Source: an uncultured Chloroflexia bacterium (lineage in GTDB: Bacteria > Chloroflexota > Limnocylindria > Limnocylindrales > CSP1-4). Taken from it: DNA of 64,000 nt. The notes below the pieces were generated by a model. The model had not been told where the DNA came from. It did not search any database and saw only the letters and a list, made by a program, of their open reading frames with translations. The position numbers and the translations under genes were made by a program. Numbering within the stretch: the stretch's first letter is position 1; the number at the start of each line of letters is the position of its first letter. The stretch is taken from NCBI GenBank assembly GCA_963833225.1, contig CAWHXD010000007.1, forward strand, positions 224,001 through 288,000, in the 5' to 3' direction. Positions 45,181 through 55,125 of the stretch are shown in pieces.

Positions 45181-45234
45181 CGCCACCTCACGCCCGGAAC
45201 GGTCCCTTCCCGGGCCCGTGCGACAATGCCGGCG

Positions 45235-46524
45235 ATGTTCCTTGACGATGTCCGCATCTCCGTGCGCGCTGGCGCCGGCGGCGACGGCGCGTCCACGATG
45301 CGCCACGAGGCCCACGTTCCCCGTGGCGGCCCGGATGGCGGGGATGGTGGCCGTGGTGGATCCGTGTACCTGCGGGTTGACGCCGGCCAGACCGCCCTCC
45401 ACGACTTCCGCTTCAAGCACCGCTTCTCAGCCACACCGGGGGGCCGCGGGGAGCGCCAGAAGCGGCATGGGAAGGCCGGCGTGGATCTCCACCTGGCGGT
45501 GCCGCCCGGAACGGCCGTGATCGACCTTGCGAGCGAGATGTTGGTCGCGGACCTGGTGGCGGTGGGCCAGGAGGTTATGGTGGCCAAGGGCGGCCGCGGG
45601 GGCCTTGGCAACGTCCACTTCGCCACCGCCACGCACCAGGCGCCGCGTCACGCGCAGAAGGGTGAGCCGGGTGAGGAGCGGGAGATCCGCCTCGAGCTGC
45701 GGCTGATCGCCGATGTCGGCCTGGTCGGCCTGCCAAACGCCGGCAAGTCCACCTTGCTCGCCGCGCTCACCAACGCGACGCCCAAGATCGCCTCGTACCC
45801 GTTCACCACCCTGGAGCCCAACCTGGGGGTGATGGACCTCGGGATCGACGATGGCCGGCAGCCGACGATCGCGGACGTGCCCGGCCTGATCGAGGGGGCG
45901 TCCACCGGCGCCGGGCTGGGGCACGCCTTCCTGCGCCACGTCTCGCGGACCCGGGTGCTGCTCCACATCGTGGATGGCGCCTCGCGCGACCCCCTCTGGG
46001 ATCACCAGGTCATCCGTGAGGAGCTGGGCGCCCACGACCCGGCCCTGCTCGCCAAGCCGATGCTGACCGTGTTCAACAAGATCGACCTCCCCGCGGCGCG
46101 TGATGCATGGCCGGTGTTCGAGGCCGCCATGCGGGCGGCCGGCATCCTCGTCCTCGCGATCTCCGCCGACGCAGGCGAGGGCCTCGATGTCCTGCGTGAT
46201 GCCGTGGGCGACCTGCTCCCGGACAGCGAAGGGTTCGCGGAGCCGCCGGACCCGGCCGGCGTGGTGATCCACCGCATCGAGGCGGCCGGCGACGGGTTCA
46301 CCCTGGAGCTCGACGATGCGGGCTACATCGTGAATGGCCGGCGCATCGAGCGGCTCGCCCACCAGACCAACTTTGAAAACGAGGAATCGGCGGAGCGGTT
46401 CCAGCGCGACCTGGCTCGCACCGGTGTCGAGGCGGCCCTCAAGAAGGCAGGCGTCCGGGCGGGCGACACCGTGCGGATCGGCACGGTCGAGCTGGAGTGG
46501 GAGCCGCTCGAGGAGGGCCGGTGA
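45235..46524 (+). CDS. obgE: GTPase ObgE/CgtA
   Basis: Gly-rich Obg fold, GLPNAGKST, YPFTT, DVPGLIEGA, NKID, C-terminal OCT domain. Confidence 0.98.
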   Translation: MFLDDVRISVRAGAGGDGASTMRHEAHVPRGGPDGGDGGRGGSVYLRVDAGQTALHDFRFKHRFSATPGGRGERQKRHGKAGVDLHLAVPPGTAVIDLASEMLVADLVAVGQEVMVAKGGRGGLGNVHFATATHQAPRHAQKGEPGEEREIRLELRLIADVGLVGLPNAGKSTLLAALTNATPKIASYPFTTLEPNLGVMDLGIDDGRQPTIADVPGLIEGASTGAGLGHAFLRHVSRTRVLLHIVDGASRDPLWDHQVIREELGAHDPALLAKPMLTVFNKIDLPAARDAWPVFEAAMRAAGILVLAISADAGEGLDVLRDAVGDLLPDSEGFAEPPDPAGVVIHRIEAAGDGFTLELDDAGYIVNGRRIERLAHQTNFENEESAERFQRDLARTGVEAALKKAGVRAGDTVRIGTVELEWEPLEEGR

Positions 46525-47192
46525 GCGAGCCCGTGGCCGACGCGGTCATGCCGCCCGCGCCGGTGGTTCCGGGTTCCGTGGGCATCCTGGGTGGCACCTT
46601 CGACCCGGTGCACCACGGGCACCTGGTGATCGCCGAGGAGGCCCGCGAGGCGCTGGGGCTGGAGCGTGTGCTGCTGGTCCCGGCCGCGGCGCCGCCGCAC
46701 AAGCCCGGACGTCCGGTCACGGACGCGGTGCACCGGCTGGCGATGGCGGAGCTGGCGGTTGCCGGCAATCCGTCCTTCGAGGTCAGCCGCCTGGAGCTGG
46801 ACCGGGGTGGGACCTCGTTCACGGTGGACACGCTGGAGGCCCTGCGCGCGGGCGGCATCGTGGAGCCCTGGTTCATCCTCTCCGCCGAGGCGCTCGCCGA
46901 CTTTCCGTCCTGGCGCGACCCGGGGCGCATCCTGGATCTCGCGCGTCTCGCGGTGGTGCCGCGCGGCGGCTCCGACCCGCTCGGGTCCGCCTGGTTCACG
47001 GCCCGTTTCCCCGATCGCGGCGACCGGGTCAGGTTCCTGTCCGGGCCCCTATTGCCCATCTCGGGTAGCGTGGTGCGACGACGGGCGGCCGCGGGCCGCT
47101 CGGTGCGGTACCTCGTGCCGGACGCCGTCGCCGCGTACATCGCCCAGCATTCGCTCTACACGGACCCCACCTGGAGGACCCATCCCTCGTGA
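46521..47192 (+). CDS. nadD: Nicotinate-nucleotide adenylyltransferase
   Basis: GILGGTFDPVHHGHL, PPHK, SFTVDTL, ISGSVVR, RYLVP. Confidence 0.95.
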   Translation: MSEPVADAVMPPAPVVPGSVGILGGTFDPVHHGHLVIAEEAREALGLERVLLVPAAAPPHKPGRPVTDAVHRLAMAELAVAGNPSFEVSRLELDRGGTSFTVDTLEALRAGGIVEPWFILSAEALADFPSWRDPGRILDLARLAVVPRGGSDPLGSAWFTARFPDRGDRVRFLSGPLLPISGSVVRRRAAAGRSVRYLVPDAVAAYIAQHSLYTDPTWRTHPS

Positions 47193-47611
47193 CCGAACCT
47201 GCCCCCGCCACCGGGCCGCGTCCCGACGGCCTCCCGCACCGCGACGAGGCCGCTCCGGCGACCGACCGGGCACCGCTCGACCTCGCGCGTCGCATCGTGG
47301 AGCTGGCGGAGGACAAGAAGGCCGCCGACATCGTCCTGCTCGACCTCGGCGAGCTGACCACGCTCGCCGATGCCTTCGTCATCTGCTCGGGCGGCTCCGA
47401 GCGCCAGATCAGCGCCATCGCCGACGGGATCGTCGAGGGGCTGCGCGACGAGAAGGTCAAGCCCATCGGCCGCGAGGGGACGTCGGAGTCGCACTGGGTC
47501 CTGCTTGACTACGGCAGCGTGATCGTCCATGTGTTCACGCCCCCCGAGCGCGACTACTACCAGCTGGAACGCCACTGGTCGGGCGCGAAGACGGTGCTCC
47601 GGGTCCAGTAG
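47189..47611 (+). CDS. rsfS: Ribosome silencing factor
   Basis: DKKAADI, FVICSG, WVLLDYGSVIVHVF, RDYYQLE. Confidence 0.95.
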   Translation: MTEPAPATGPRPDGLPHRDEAAPATDRAPLDLARRIVELAEDKKAADIVLLDLGELTTLADAFVICSGGSERQISAIADGIVEGLRDEKVKPIGREGTSESHWVLLDYGSVIVHVFTPPERDYYQLERHWSGAKTVLRVQ

Positions 47612-47815
47612 CCCGGGCGCCCCGGGGCCGCGACGAGCGGTGCTCCGGGGCCCTGCGGGTGGTGCTCGGCGGTCCAGGAGGCTGGTGCGCTCGGGCCACC
47701 CATCAGTCGGGTACGGGGTCCCGCGGTACGGACGGGTCATGTCGGCGCCGGGGAGCCCATCCTAGATTGGCTGCAGGTCGTCGGTCAGCGGGATCGGCGC
47801 CACCGGAGACGCCCC

Positions 47816-48070
47816 ATGTCGGGCACTCGAGACCGCTGCCCCGGTTGCAGCCATCGACTCATCATCACCCGGTTTGACACCACGTTCCGGCTGCCAGATC
47901 GGACGGAGCGGCTGTGCTTCGGCATCCCCGGTGGGCTGTGCGAGGACTGTCACCAGCTGTACATCGACCCCGAGCTGATCGACGTCCTGGAGCTCGGCGA
48001 GAGCCGGTGCGTGTTCGCGATCGAGAGCGACACCGTCCTCCAGGAGGAGGCCTGGTCCTCCGCCGACTGA
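47816..48070 (+). CDS. Small zinc-finger protein (YgiT-like)
   Basis: SD GGAG; CPGC ... GIPGGLCEDCHQLYID. Confidence 0.65.
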   Translation: MSGTRDRCPGCSHRLIITRFDTTFRLPDRTERLCFGIPGGLCEDCHQLYIDPELIDVLELGESRCVFAIESDTVLQEEAWSSAD

Positions 48071-48074
48071 CCGC

Positions 48075-49169
48075 TCAGCGGTGGCCCGCTGCGGGGCGCC
48101 CGGTGTCCTGGCCGGCCCGGCCTCCGGCCGATCGTGAGCGTGGATCCGCGACTCGCTCCTGCACCCACAGCGTGAACGCCAGCCGAACCTGGCGGTCCGT
48201 GCTCCCCCAGCCTGTCGCCCCCTTGATCATCGCGTCGAGCTCCAGCACGCCCTCGAGGGCGACGTCGAGCTCCGGCAGCGACCAGCGGCGGGCCTGTTCC
48301 ACCAGCTTCTGCGCCCGGAACGGGTGCCCGCCGATGGCCTTCACGATCTCCGGCGGGCGGCTGCCGGACGCGACATGGTCCGCGGCGATCAGCAGGTCCC
48401 GGATCCGCCGGTGGAGCTGGACGACGATCACCGGGTACGGCGTCGTGTCGAGCAGCCGGTCCAGCAGCGGGCCCGCGACGTCCGCGCGGCGATCCGCGAC
48501 GGCATCGAGCATGGCCCAGGTGCTGTCCGGGATGACCTCGGGGACGAGCGCTCGGACGTCCGCGATGGTGATCGGCGCCGCCTGCCGGTAGAGCGCCAGC
48601 TTCTCCAGCTCCGCCGCGGCCAGCGATCCCTGGCGCTGGCGATCCACGTCGCCTTCGCCCACGAACCCGCCGACGCGCCGCGCCAGCTCGTCCGCGGCGT
48701 CGCGCTCGAGCGTGATCTCGCGCTCCGTGGCCAGGTTGCGCAACCAGCCCGCGAGCTGTCCGGCCTTCGGCGCCGCAAACGCGCGCGCGGAGCCGCCGGC
48801 CTTGAGCACGGAGGCCTCGAGGGTCGCGTACATCGCGGCCCGCTTGTTCCCCGCGTCGCCCTGCTCGATGAACACCAGCGCGTTGCCCGGGGCGACCGCG
48901 CCCAGGGCGCGCCCCAGCGACTCGCGCCCGTCCTTGGAGCGGAGCAGGGGACCCGGATCCGTGACCACGGCCACGCAGCCGCCGCCGAACATCGGCGCCG
49001 TGCCGACGCGCTCGGCGATCTGGGCAACGCTGGTCTCGGCGCCGCTGACCCGCCAGCGGTCCGGCGCGGCGCCGGTCTCCTGCTCGAGGCGGTGCGCGAT
49101 CGCGATCACGGCCCGGTCGAGCGCATAGCCGTCGCCGCCACGGTAGTAGGCGATGACCGGCGCGCTCAC
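48075..49169 (-). CDS. holA: DNA polymerase III delta subunit
   Basis: PMFGGG, AELEKLALY, WAMLDAV, DAMIKG; conserved position downstream of comEC. Confidence 0.85.
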   Translation of the reverse strand: MSAPVIAYYRGGDGYALDRAVIAIAHRLEQETGAAPDRWRVSGAETSVAQIAERVGTAPMFGGGCVAVVTDPGPLLRSKDGRESLGRALGAVAPGNALVFIEQGDAGNKRAAMYATLEASVLKAGGSARAFAAPKAGQLAGWLRNLATEREITLERDAADELARRVGGFVGEGDVDRQRQGSLAAAELEKLALYRQAAPITIADVRALVPEVIPDSTWAMLDAVADRRADVAGPLLDRLLDTTPYPVIVVQLHRRIRDLLIAADHVASGSRPPEIVKAIGGHPFRAQKLVEQARRWSLPELDVALEGVLELDAMIKGATGWGSTDRQVRLAFTLWVQERVADPRSRSAGGRAGQDTGRPAAGHR

Positions 49170-49804
49170 CGGGTGGCCTCGCGAAGCGCGCGTCGCGCCC
49201 AGCGCAGCCGGCGCACGCCCGCGGGCGCGACCCCGGCGAGGCCGCAGATCTCCAGCTCCAGCGCCCCGGCCCGGGCCTCCACCCGTGCGGCCGTCTCGTC
49301 GTCCCAGCCCCGACCGCGCGGTGGTCGATCACCCGCGGCCAGCACCGGCTCGCCCGGTCCCGACGGGTAGCGCCGGCGCCACGAGGCGAACCGGGCCTCC
49401 ATGGGCTCGATCCGCTGGCCAGCACGCTTGTCCGCGTAGGCGATGATCCGCGCCTCGAGCGGCGCCGCGGCCAGGCGCCGCGTGTCCGCCTCGTCTGCGT
49501 ATCGGCTCACGGGATGATCCCGCACGAGCGGCCCGAGCTTCGGGAAGCCCTGCGCCGCCAGCCACGCGGCGGACCCCTCGCCGTGGCGGGCGCCAGCCAC
49601 CCGCCCGGCCGGGATCTTGTCCACGTCGTGGAGCAGCGCCGCCGCCTCGACCGCGCGCACGTCGCACGGCGTCCCGTTGCCGGCGATCGCCCGGGCGAGC
49701 CAGCCGGCGACGTCCGCGACCGCGCACGCGTGCTGGAGCGACCAGTCGGGCGGGTCCAGGGACAACAGCAGGCGGGCGGCCTCGCGGCGTGTCGGAGTGG
49801 TCAT
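49166..49804 (-). CDS. HD-domain protein
   Basis: HACAVA, AALLHDVDK, HGEGSAAWL, RDH, IIAYADKR. Confidence 0.85.
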   Translation of the reverse strand: MTTPTRREAARLLLSLDPPDWSLQHACAVADVAGWLARAIAGNGTPCDVRAVEAAALLHDVDKIPAGRVAGARHGEGSAAWLAAQGFPKLGPLVRDHPVSRYADEADTRRLAAAPLEARIIAYADKRAGQRIEPMEARFASWRRRYPSGPGEPVLAAGDRPPRGRGWDDETAARVEARAGALELEICGLAGVAPAGVRRLRWARRALREATR

Positions 49805-52304
49805 CACCGGCATCGTAGCCGGTGAGGGCGACGCGGGCGGGGATCTCCGGGGTCGTCGCCGCGGAGGTCCGTGGAGTCCCCGTGGTCCGGACCCGCAGCC
49901 CGTCCGGGCGCAGCCCCACCTCCACCGTCCCGTCGAGGTCCGTGCGGAGGATGCGCGCCCCGATGTCGCGCAGCCGTGCAAGGGTCGACGCGGCCGGGTG
50001 TCCGTAGTCGTTGTCCGCCCCCACCGAGACCAGCGCGAGCGTCGGCCGCAGGGCCGCGAGGAGCGGCGCACTGGTGGCGGTGGCGCTGCCATGGTGTGCA
50101 ACCTTGAGGACGTCGATGGCCGGGAGGCCGCGGGCGAGCAGCGCCGGATCCACGTCGTCCTCGGCGTCGCCCGTGAGCAGGAATCGGCGGCCGTTGGCCT
50201 CGCCGAGGAGGACGATCGAGGTGTCGTTGATCCCCCGTCCCGTGGCGGCCGGTTCCGTGGGCACGCCGGGGTCCGGCCAGAGCACCGTCAGCGAGATCTC
50301 GTCGAGGCGCAGCCGGGCACCCGTGGCCAGCGTCGCCCTCGGCGGGCCGTGCTCGAGGGCCGCATCCCAGGCCGCCCACCCTGGTCCCGGTCCGTGCATG
50401 CCGGGTTCGAACACCTGCCCAACCCGGTACCGCTCCAGCACCCGCACCAGGCCCGCGACGTGATCCTCGTGGGGATGGGTCAGCACGATGATGTCGATCC
50501 GCCGGTCCCAGGGCGGGACGCGCTGGTCCAGGGCCACCAGGAGGCGGTCCGGGTCCGGCCCGCCATCGACCAGCATGCGCGCACCGCCCCGGGTCTCGAC
50601 CAGGATCGCGTCGCCCTGTCCCACGTCGAGCATCACGAGCCGCGTGGACCGCCCGGCGACATCGGCCATCGCGAGCGTCGACAGCGCCACGACAACCGCC
50701 GCGACGCCAAGCGCCAGCCGGCTGCCGCGCGAGGCGGGGATCGGCAGGCGACCAGCCGTCGCACCGGTCCCGGCCCGGGGCGACGGTGCCTGTTGACCGG
50801 GTCGTCGCTGCCCCGGCCGCCGGCGCCGACGGGCGCGCGAAGCCCGGAGCCGCCGGATCATGCCGGGCGCCCCCAGGACCAGCACCGCGGCCATGAGCGC
50901 CGCGGCCGGCGCCGCCTCCGGCGGGATCGGCACGGCCGCGAACGGCACCCCGGCTCCCAGCCGCACGAACGCGACGATGAGGTGGAGCAGCAGCCAGGCC
51001 GGCAGGCCGAGCATCGTTGCCAGCCCGTCCGGCAGCCCGGCCATGGACAGGGCGCCGCCCCCCATCGCGACCACGCCCGCGCCCATCGCCGCCGGCACGA
51101 GCGGGACGACCGCAAGGTTGACCACCGGCGCCACCAGCGACAGGCGCCCGAACGTGACCAGCACGTCCGGCAGCGTCGCCGCCTGGGCGGCCAGCGAGAT
51201 CCCGAGCCCCTCCGCCAGCCAGCCCGGGATCCGCCCGCCACCCAACCCCGCAAACCAGCGGCCCAGCGGCGTTCCCCAGGCCAGGAGCCCGGCGGTGGCG
51301 ACCACGGACAGCCGGAATCCGGCATCGCCGATCATCGTCGGGTCGACCACCAGCATCGAGAACGCGGCGAGGGCCAGGGCCGCCGGCGCGCGTGCCGACC
51401 GCCCCGACTCCCGGGCCAGCAGGACCACCGCCGCCATCACGGCCGCCCGGACCACCGACGGCGAGGCGCCCGCGGCGAGCACATACGCGCCGATCGTGCC
51501 CCCGACCACGATCGCGACCGCGCGGCGCGACCGACCGCGCATCAGGGCGCCCACGAGACCCGCCACGATGGCGATGTTCCAGCCCGAGATGGCGACCACG
51601 TGGCTGACGCCCGCCGTCGCGAAGTCGGCAGCCAGCGCCCGATCCACGCGCTCCCGGAGGCCCACCAGGATCCCCGCGGCCAGGCCCGCCTCCGGCTCCG
51701 GGAGCGAGACCTGCAGCGCGTCACCCGCCGCGTCCCGGGCCGGCTGGAGCGACAGGCCGCTCGCCCGTTCAACGATCCCGAGCGATCGTGCGTCCAGGCT
51801 GCCCGCGGCGCCCGTGCGGCGCAGGTACTCGCCGTAGCCGTCGTCCTCGGGCGGCGGTCGCAGACGGCCGTCGACCTCCACCGTGTCACCCGCGTGGACC
51901 GCCGGGAACGATGGCAGTGTTGCCGCAACACGCACCGGCCCCGGTTCCACCTGCAGCGCGAGGCGGGCGACCTGGCTCCCGTCCCGCGGTGAGCCCACGG
52001 AGTCCACGACCGCCGTCCAGGGCCCCGGCGTGGCCGGCAGCGGCGGGACGGGGGGAGCCGGCGGACCCAGCAGCAGCCGGAGCGCGACCAGGACCGCCCC
52101 GATGCCCGCCGGCGTCAAGGGAGCGACAGCCAGCGCCCGGGGAACCGCCAGCCCGATCGACACCGCCAGCAGCCCCACGACCAGGACGCCGGCCATCGGC
52201 CCGCCCGCGTACGCGACCGCTGCCGACACGGCGGCCCCGATCGCGAGCCACGCGCTGCGCGGGAGCGCCGGGAGCGCCGGGAGCGCTGGCGCGGCCGGCT
52301 TCAC
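49329..52304 (-). CDS. comEC: Competence protein ComEC/Rec2 (true 3' end probably near 49850)
   Basis: AGVSHVVAISGWN, SPSVVRAAVM, GFRLS, LDVGQGDA, LTHPHEDH, LLTGDAE, LKVAHHGS, NDYGHP, RTDLDG. Confidence 0.93.
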   Translation of the reverse strand: MKPAAPALPALPALPRSAWLAIGAAVSAAVAYAGGPMAGVLVVGLLAVSIGLAVPRALAVAPLTPAGIGAVLVALRLLLGPPAPPVPPLPATPGPWTAVVDSVGSPRDGSQVARLALQVEPGPVRVAATLPSFPAVHAGDTVEVDGRLRPPPEDDGYGEYLRRTGAAGSLDARSLGIVERASGLSLQPARDAAGDALQVSLPEPEAGLAAGILVGLRERVDRALAADFATAGVSHVVAISGWNIAIVAGLVGALMRGRSRRAVAIVVGGTIGAYVLAAGASPSVVRAAVMAAVVLLARESGRSARAPAALALAAFSMLVVDPTMIGDAGFRLSVVATAGLLAWGTPLGRWFAGLGGGRIPGWLAEGLGISLAAQAATLPDVLVTFGRLSLVAPVVNLAVVPLVPAAMGAGVVAMGGGALSMAGLPDGLATMLGLPAWLLLHLIVAFVRLGAGVPFAAVPIPPEAAPAAALMAAVLVLGAPGMIRRLRASRARRRRRPGQRRPGQQAPSPRAGTGATAGRLPIPASRGSRLALGVAAVVVALSTLAMADVAGRSTRLVMLDVGQGDAILVETRGGARMLVDGGPDPDRLLVALDQRVPPWDRRIDIIVLTHPHEDHVAGLVRVLERYRVGQVFEPGMHGPGPGWAAWDAALEHGPPRATLATGARLRLDEISLTVLWPDPGVPTEPAATGRGINDTSIVLLGEANGRRFLLTGDAEDDVDPALLARGLPAIDVLKVAHHGSATATSAPLLAALRPTLALVSVGADNDYGHPAASTLARLRDIGARILRTDLDGTVEVGLRPDGLRVRTTGTPRTSAATTPEIPARVALTGYDAGDDHSDTPRGRPPAVVPGPARLVAPARVRGRGRRRLARPGDRRQRDAVRRARGRGGGAAPRRGQDPGRAGGWRPPRRGVRRVAGGAGLPEARAARAGSSREPIRRRGGHAAPGRGAARGADHRLRGQACWPADRAHGGPVRLVAPALPVGTGRAGAGRG

Positions 52305-52999
52305 GGGCCGATCGTGACGAGCGGCCGGAGCTTGTCCATCGTCGCGGCGCTCACCACCTTGCGGGCGAGCAGGTCATCGACGCTCGTGAACGGTTGCTCC
52401 TCCCGCGCCGCGATGATCTTGGCCGCCGTCACGGGCCCGATCCCGGGCAGCGTGTCCAGCGCCTCCGCTGAAGCCCGGTTGAGATCGATCGGACCCGCGC
52501 CGCCGGCCACCCCGCCGCCCTGGTCCGTGCCAGGAGCCGCTGGATCCTCTCCGCGAACGGGCACGCGGATCTTCTGGCCATCCGTGATCGACGCCGCGAG
52601 ATTGAGCTGCCGGTCCACCAGGCCCGCGTCGACCGTCGCCGCGTACCCGCCTGCCGCGTCGATCGCGTCGGCGACGCGGGCGCCCGCCGGCAGCTGGTAC
52701 ACGCCGGGGCGAGTGACCGCCCCACCGACATCCACCACGAGCATGACCGCAGGTGCCGGACTTGCCGAGCGCGTCGCGCCGAGGTCTGCCGGCATCGCGC
52801 CCAACCCATTCGCGCCGTCCACGCTGATCACCGGCTCCTCCCCGCCAGCGACCAGGACGGCCCCGACGCCGACCAGGACCGCGAGAACGGCCGCGACGAC
52901 GGCGGGCCACGGCAGGCCACCAGGCGTCGCTTGGTGATCGGGCGGGGCTTCGGGCTCAGAGGCCTCGAGGACGCGCCACGGCGCGCTGCTTGGCTCCAC
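52301..52999 (-). CDS. comEA: Competence protein ComEA (TM, SLBB, HhH)
   Basis: VVDVGGAVTRPGVYQL, RVADAIDAAGG, IDLNRASAEALDTLPGIGP. Probable GTG start at 52999 after GGGAG. Confidence 0.92.
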   Translation of the reverse strand: MEPSSAPWRVLEASEPEAPPDHQATPGGLPWPAVVAAVLAVLVGVGAVLVAGGEEPVISVDGANGLGAMPADLGATRSASPAPAVMLVVDVGGAVTRPGVYQLPAGARVADAIDAAGGYAATVDAGLVDRQLNLAASITDGQKIRVPVRGEDPAAPGTDQGGGVAGGAGPIDLNRASAEALDTLPGIGPVTAAKIIAAREEQPFTSVDDLLARKVVSAATMDKLRPLVTIGP

Positions 53000-53082
53000 G
53001 GGTCGGGTCGCTCCCCGGCGGGATCCGGCGGCGGGCGTGGGTGTGGATGCGGTTGCGAGCACAGGTGGAGCGCCCGTGCGGG

Positions 53083-53095
53083 AGGGGGCACGTCC
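53083..53095 (+). repeat. attL core AGGGGGCACGTCC
   Basis: Exact match to 61917-61929; lies 15 nt upstream of the recombinase ATG. Confidence 0.88.
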
Positions 53096-53110
53096 ACATA
53101 TAATGCGGGT

Positions 53111-54355
53111 ATGAGTACCGCCGTCGCCTACCTTCGCCGGAGCCGGGTGGACACCCGCCGCCCTGGCACCGTCTCCCACGCCGAGCAGAAGCCGCCGTCA
53201 CCGCTCTGGCCGCCCAGCATGGCGATCACGATCTAGATGTTCTCGAGGACTGGGGGCGATCGGGCCGAGACGAGAAGCTCGCCAAGCGCGACGCGTTCGC
53301 CGATCTCCGGGCCCGCGTCAAGCGTGGCGACGTGACCGCCGTCTACGCCTACGACGTGTCGCGGCTCGGGCGCTCCGTCGTGACCCTCCACCAGCTGATG
53401 ACCGAGTGCAAGGCCGCCGGCATCCCCATCCGCTGCGCGTCGGGCTACTCCCCCGACATCAGCACCGCCGAGGGGCGGCTGGTGTTCGCCAACCTCGCCG
53501 CGATGTTCCAGTACCTCGCCGAGAGCGTGCAGGAGCGGGCCGCGCGGCGCGTCGAGGAGCGGCGCGAGAAGGGGGAGCTCATGGGCCCCGCGCCCTTCGG
53601 CTACCGGCTCGTGGACGGCAAGCATGTCCCCAACCCGGCCGAGGACCTCGCCACCGTGATCGAAACGTGGCGCGCGTCCGAGAGTGTCGCGGAGGCGTGC
53701 CGGCGCCTGAAGATGCCGGGGTGCGGACCCGGTCAGGCGTCCAGTGGCTACCATCGACGCTGTACGCGATCCTCGAGCACGAGGGGCTGCGCGTCCGCAC
53801 CCTGCAACGTGGACGGCCCGTGAAACGCACCTACCGGTTCTCGCGGCTCCTGCGATGCCCGCACGACGACTCCGCGCTCGTGGGCAACGGCAAGAACGGG
53901 CTCGTGCAGTACGAGTGTCGCGCGTCGCGCCTGACCGGCGATCACCCGTACCCACGCAGCATCTCCGAGCGGCTGATCCTGCCGTGGGCGGAGACTGAAG
54001 TGGACAGGCTGCGGCTGCCGGTGGACACGGTACAGACCGCGGTGGACAACGCCGAGCGCCGGGCCATCCTCTCCGGGCGCTTGGACCGCGCCAACGAGCT
54101 CTACATCGCCGGGAGCATCCCCAAGGACCGATACGAGCGGGAGGCCGCCGCGGTGGCCGCGGAGCTCGACGGCTTGGACGCCGAGGACGAGATGATCGCG
54201 GTCCCGCCGATCGGGCCGCACGATTGGGACACTTGGGCGCCCGCGGACCTCAACCGGACACTCCGCGCCCTCTGGTCCCGCGTCGAGCTCGGGGCCGATA
54301 TGCGGCCTGTCCGTGCGGAGTGGCGCAGCCGGCCCTGTGGAGCCCGGCGTCGTGA
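53111..54355 (+). CDS. Large serine recombinase/integrase (apparent frameshifts near 53190, 53710, 54325)
   Basis: AYLRRS (catalytic Ser), EDWGRSG, YDVSRLGRS, PAPFGY, zinc-ribbon-like LLRCPHD..YECR, coiled coil. TATAAT lies 6 nt before the ATG. Confidence 0.9.
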
Positions 54356-54675
54356 TCCTGCGACCGCTCGCCGTCGTGGGTTCGGCTGCCCGGTGCCCCG
54401 AGCCCACCTGTGGAGCCTGGATTGGCCGCGTCCGACGCGACCGGCGCGTCACCGAGCGTCACGGGCAGGAACCAACGCCCTATGTCGCCGAGACCTTGAT
54501 CCTCTCGACGCTCTGGCGGCCCGTCAACGGCGCTTGGCGCCTCGGCCGCCACCATGGGATGGACGAGCGGACGGTTACCTTCAGGCCGCTACCGATCGTG
54601 TGTCCCAAGTGCCACCACAAGGCCGCCGCACCGCCGCTGGTTTCGCGATTGCAGCCGAGGCCGCACACGGCGTAG
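54352..54675 (+). CDS. Hypothetical zinc-finger protein
   Basis: GTG overlaps the inferred integrase stop (GTGA); CPEPTC ... CPKC. Confidence 0.55.
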   Translation: MILRPLAVVGSAARCPEPTCGAWIGRVRRDRRVTERHGQEPTPYVAETLILSTLWRPVNGAWRLGRHHGMDERTVTFRPLPIVCPKCHHKAAAPPLVSRLQPRPHTA

Positions 54676-54772
54676 TATCTGGCTACCAACCCCAAGCGCG
54701 AGCCGACAGCGCGGCTCCACCGCTCTGCTCAACCGACAACGACGGGCAGGGTCAACGTGGAGTCGCGTTTCG

Positions 54773-54948
54773 ATGTTGTCGGAGAAGAACCCGCGCAAGG
54801 TTCGCGCCGGTCAGGCTGCGATGCGCAAGCGCTGGGGGCCGCAGCGAGTGCTGGCCTGGACCAGCTCGATCCCGTCACCCGTGAAGTGATCCTGTCCATC
54901 GTCGAGGCTCGGCGCAACGCCGCCGCTGCCGACGCCGGGCAGCAGTAA
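54773..54948 (+). CDS. Small basic hypothetical protein (one apparent frameshift)
   Basis: SD GGAG; MLSEKNPRKVRAGQAAMRKRWGPQRVL / LDQLDPVTREVILSIVEARRNAAAADAGQQ*. Confidence 0.5.
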
Positions 54949-55125
54949 GGGCCGCCGTCATGCGAGCAACCGGCAGCCCTCCGTCCAAGCCTACCCCCGA
55001 CGAGTGGGAGCGGGCTAATCACGCCGCCTACATGGTCGGCGTCATCCTCCGATACCGGCACCCGGCTGGGTCGTCGCGGAGCGGTTCCGCGAACTTGAGG
55101 CCGCGGGAGAGGCCCACAACGACGC

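Noticed and set aside
49329-49830. ComEC C-terminal extension overlapping the HD gene by about 475 bp
   Set aside because: The extension is low-complexity Arg/Gly/Ala off-frame sequence, most likely a missed stop caused by an indel or by high GC.
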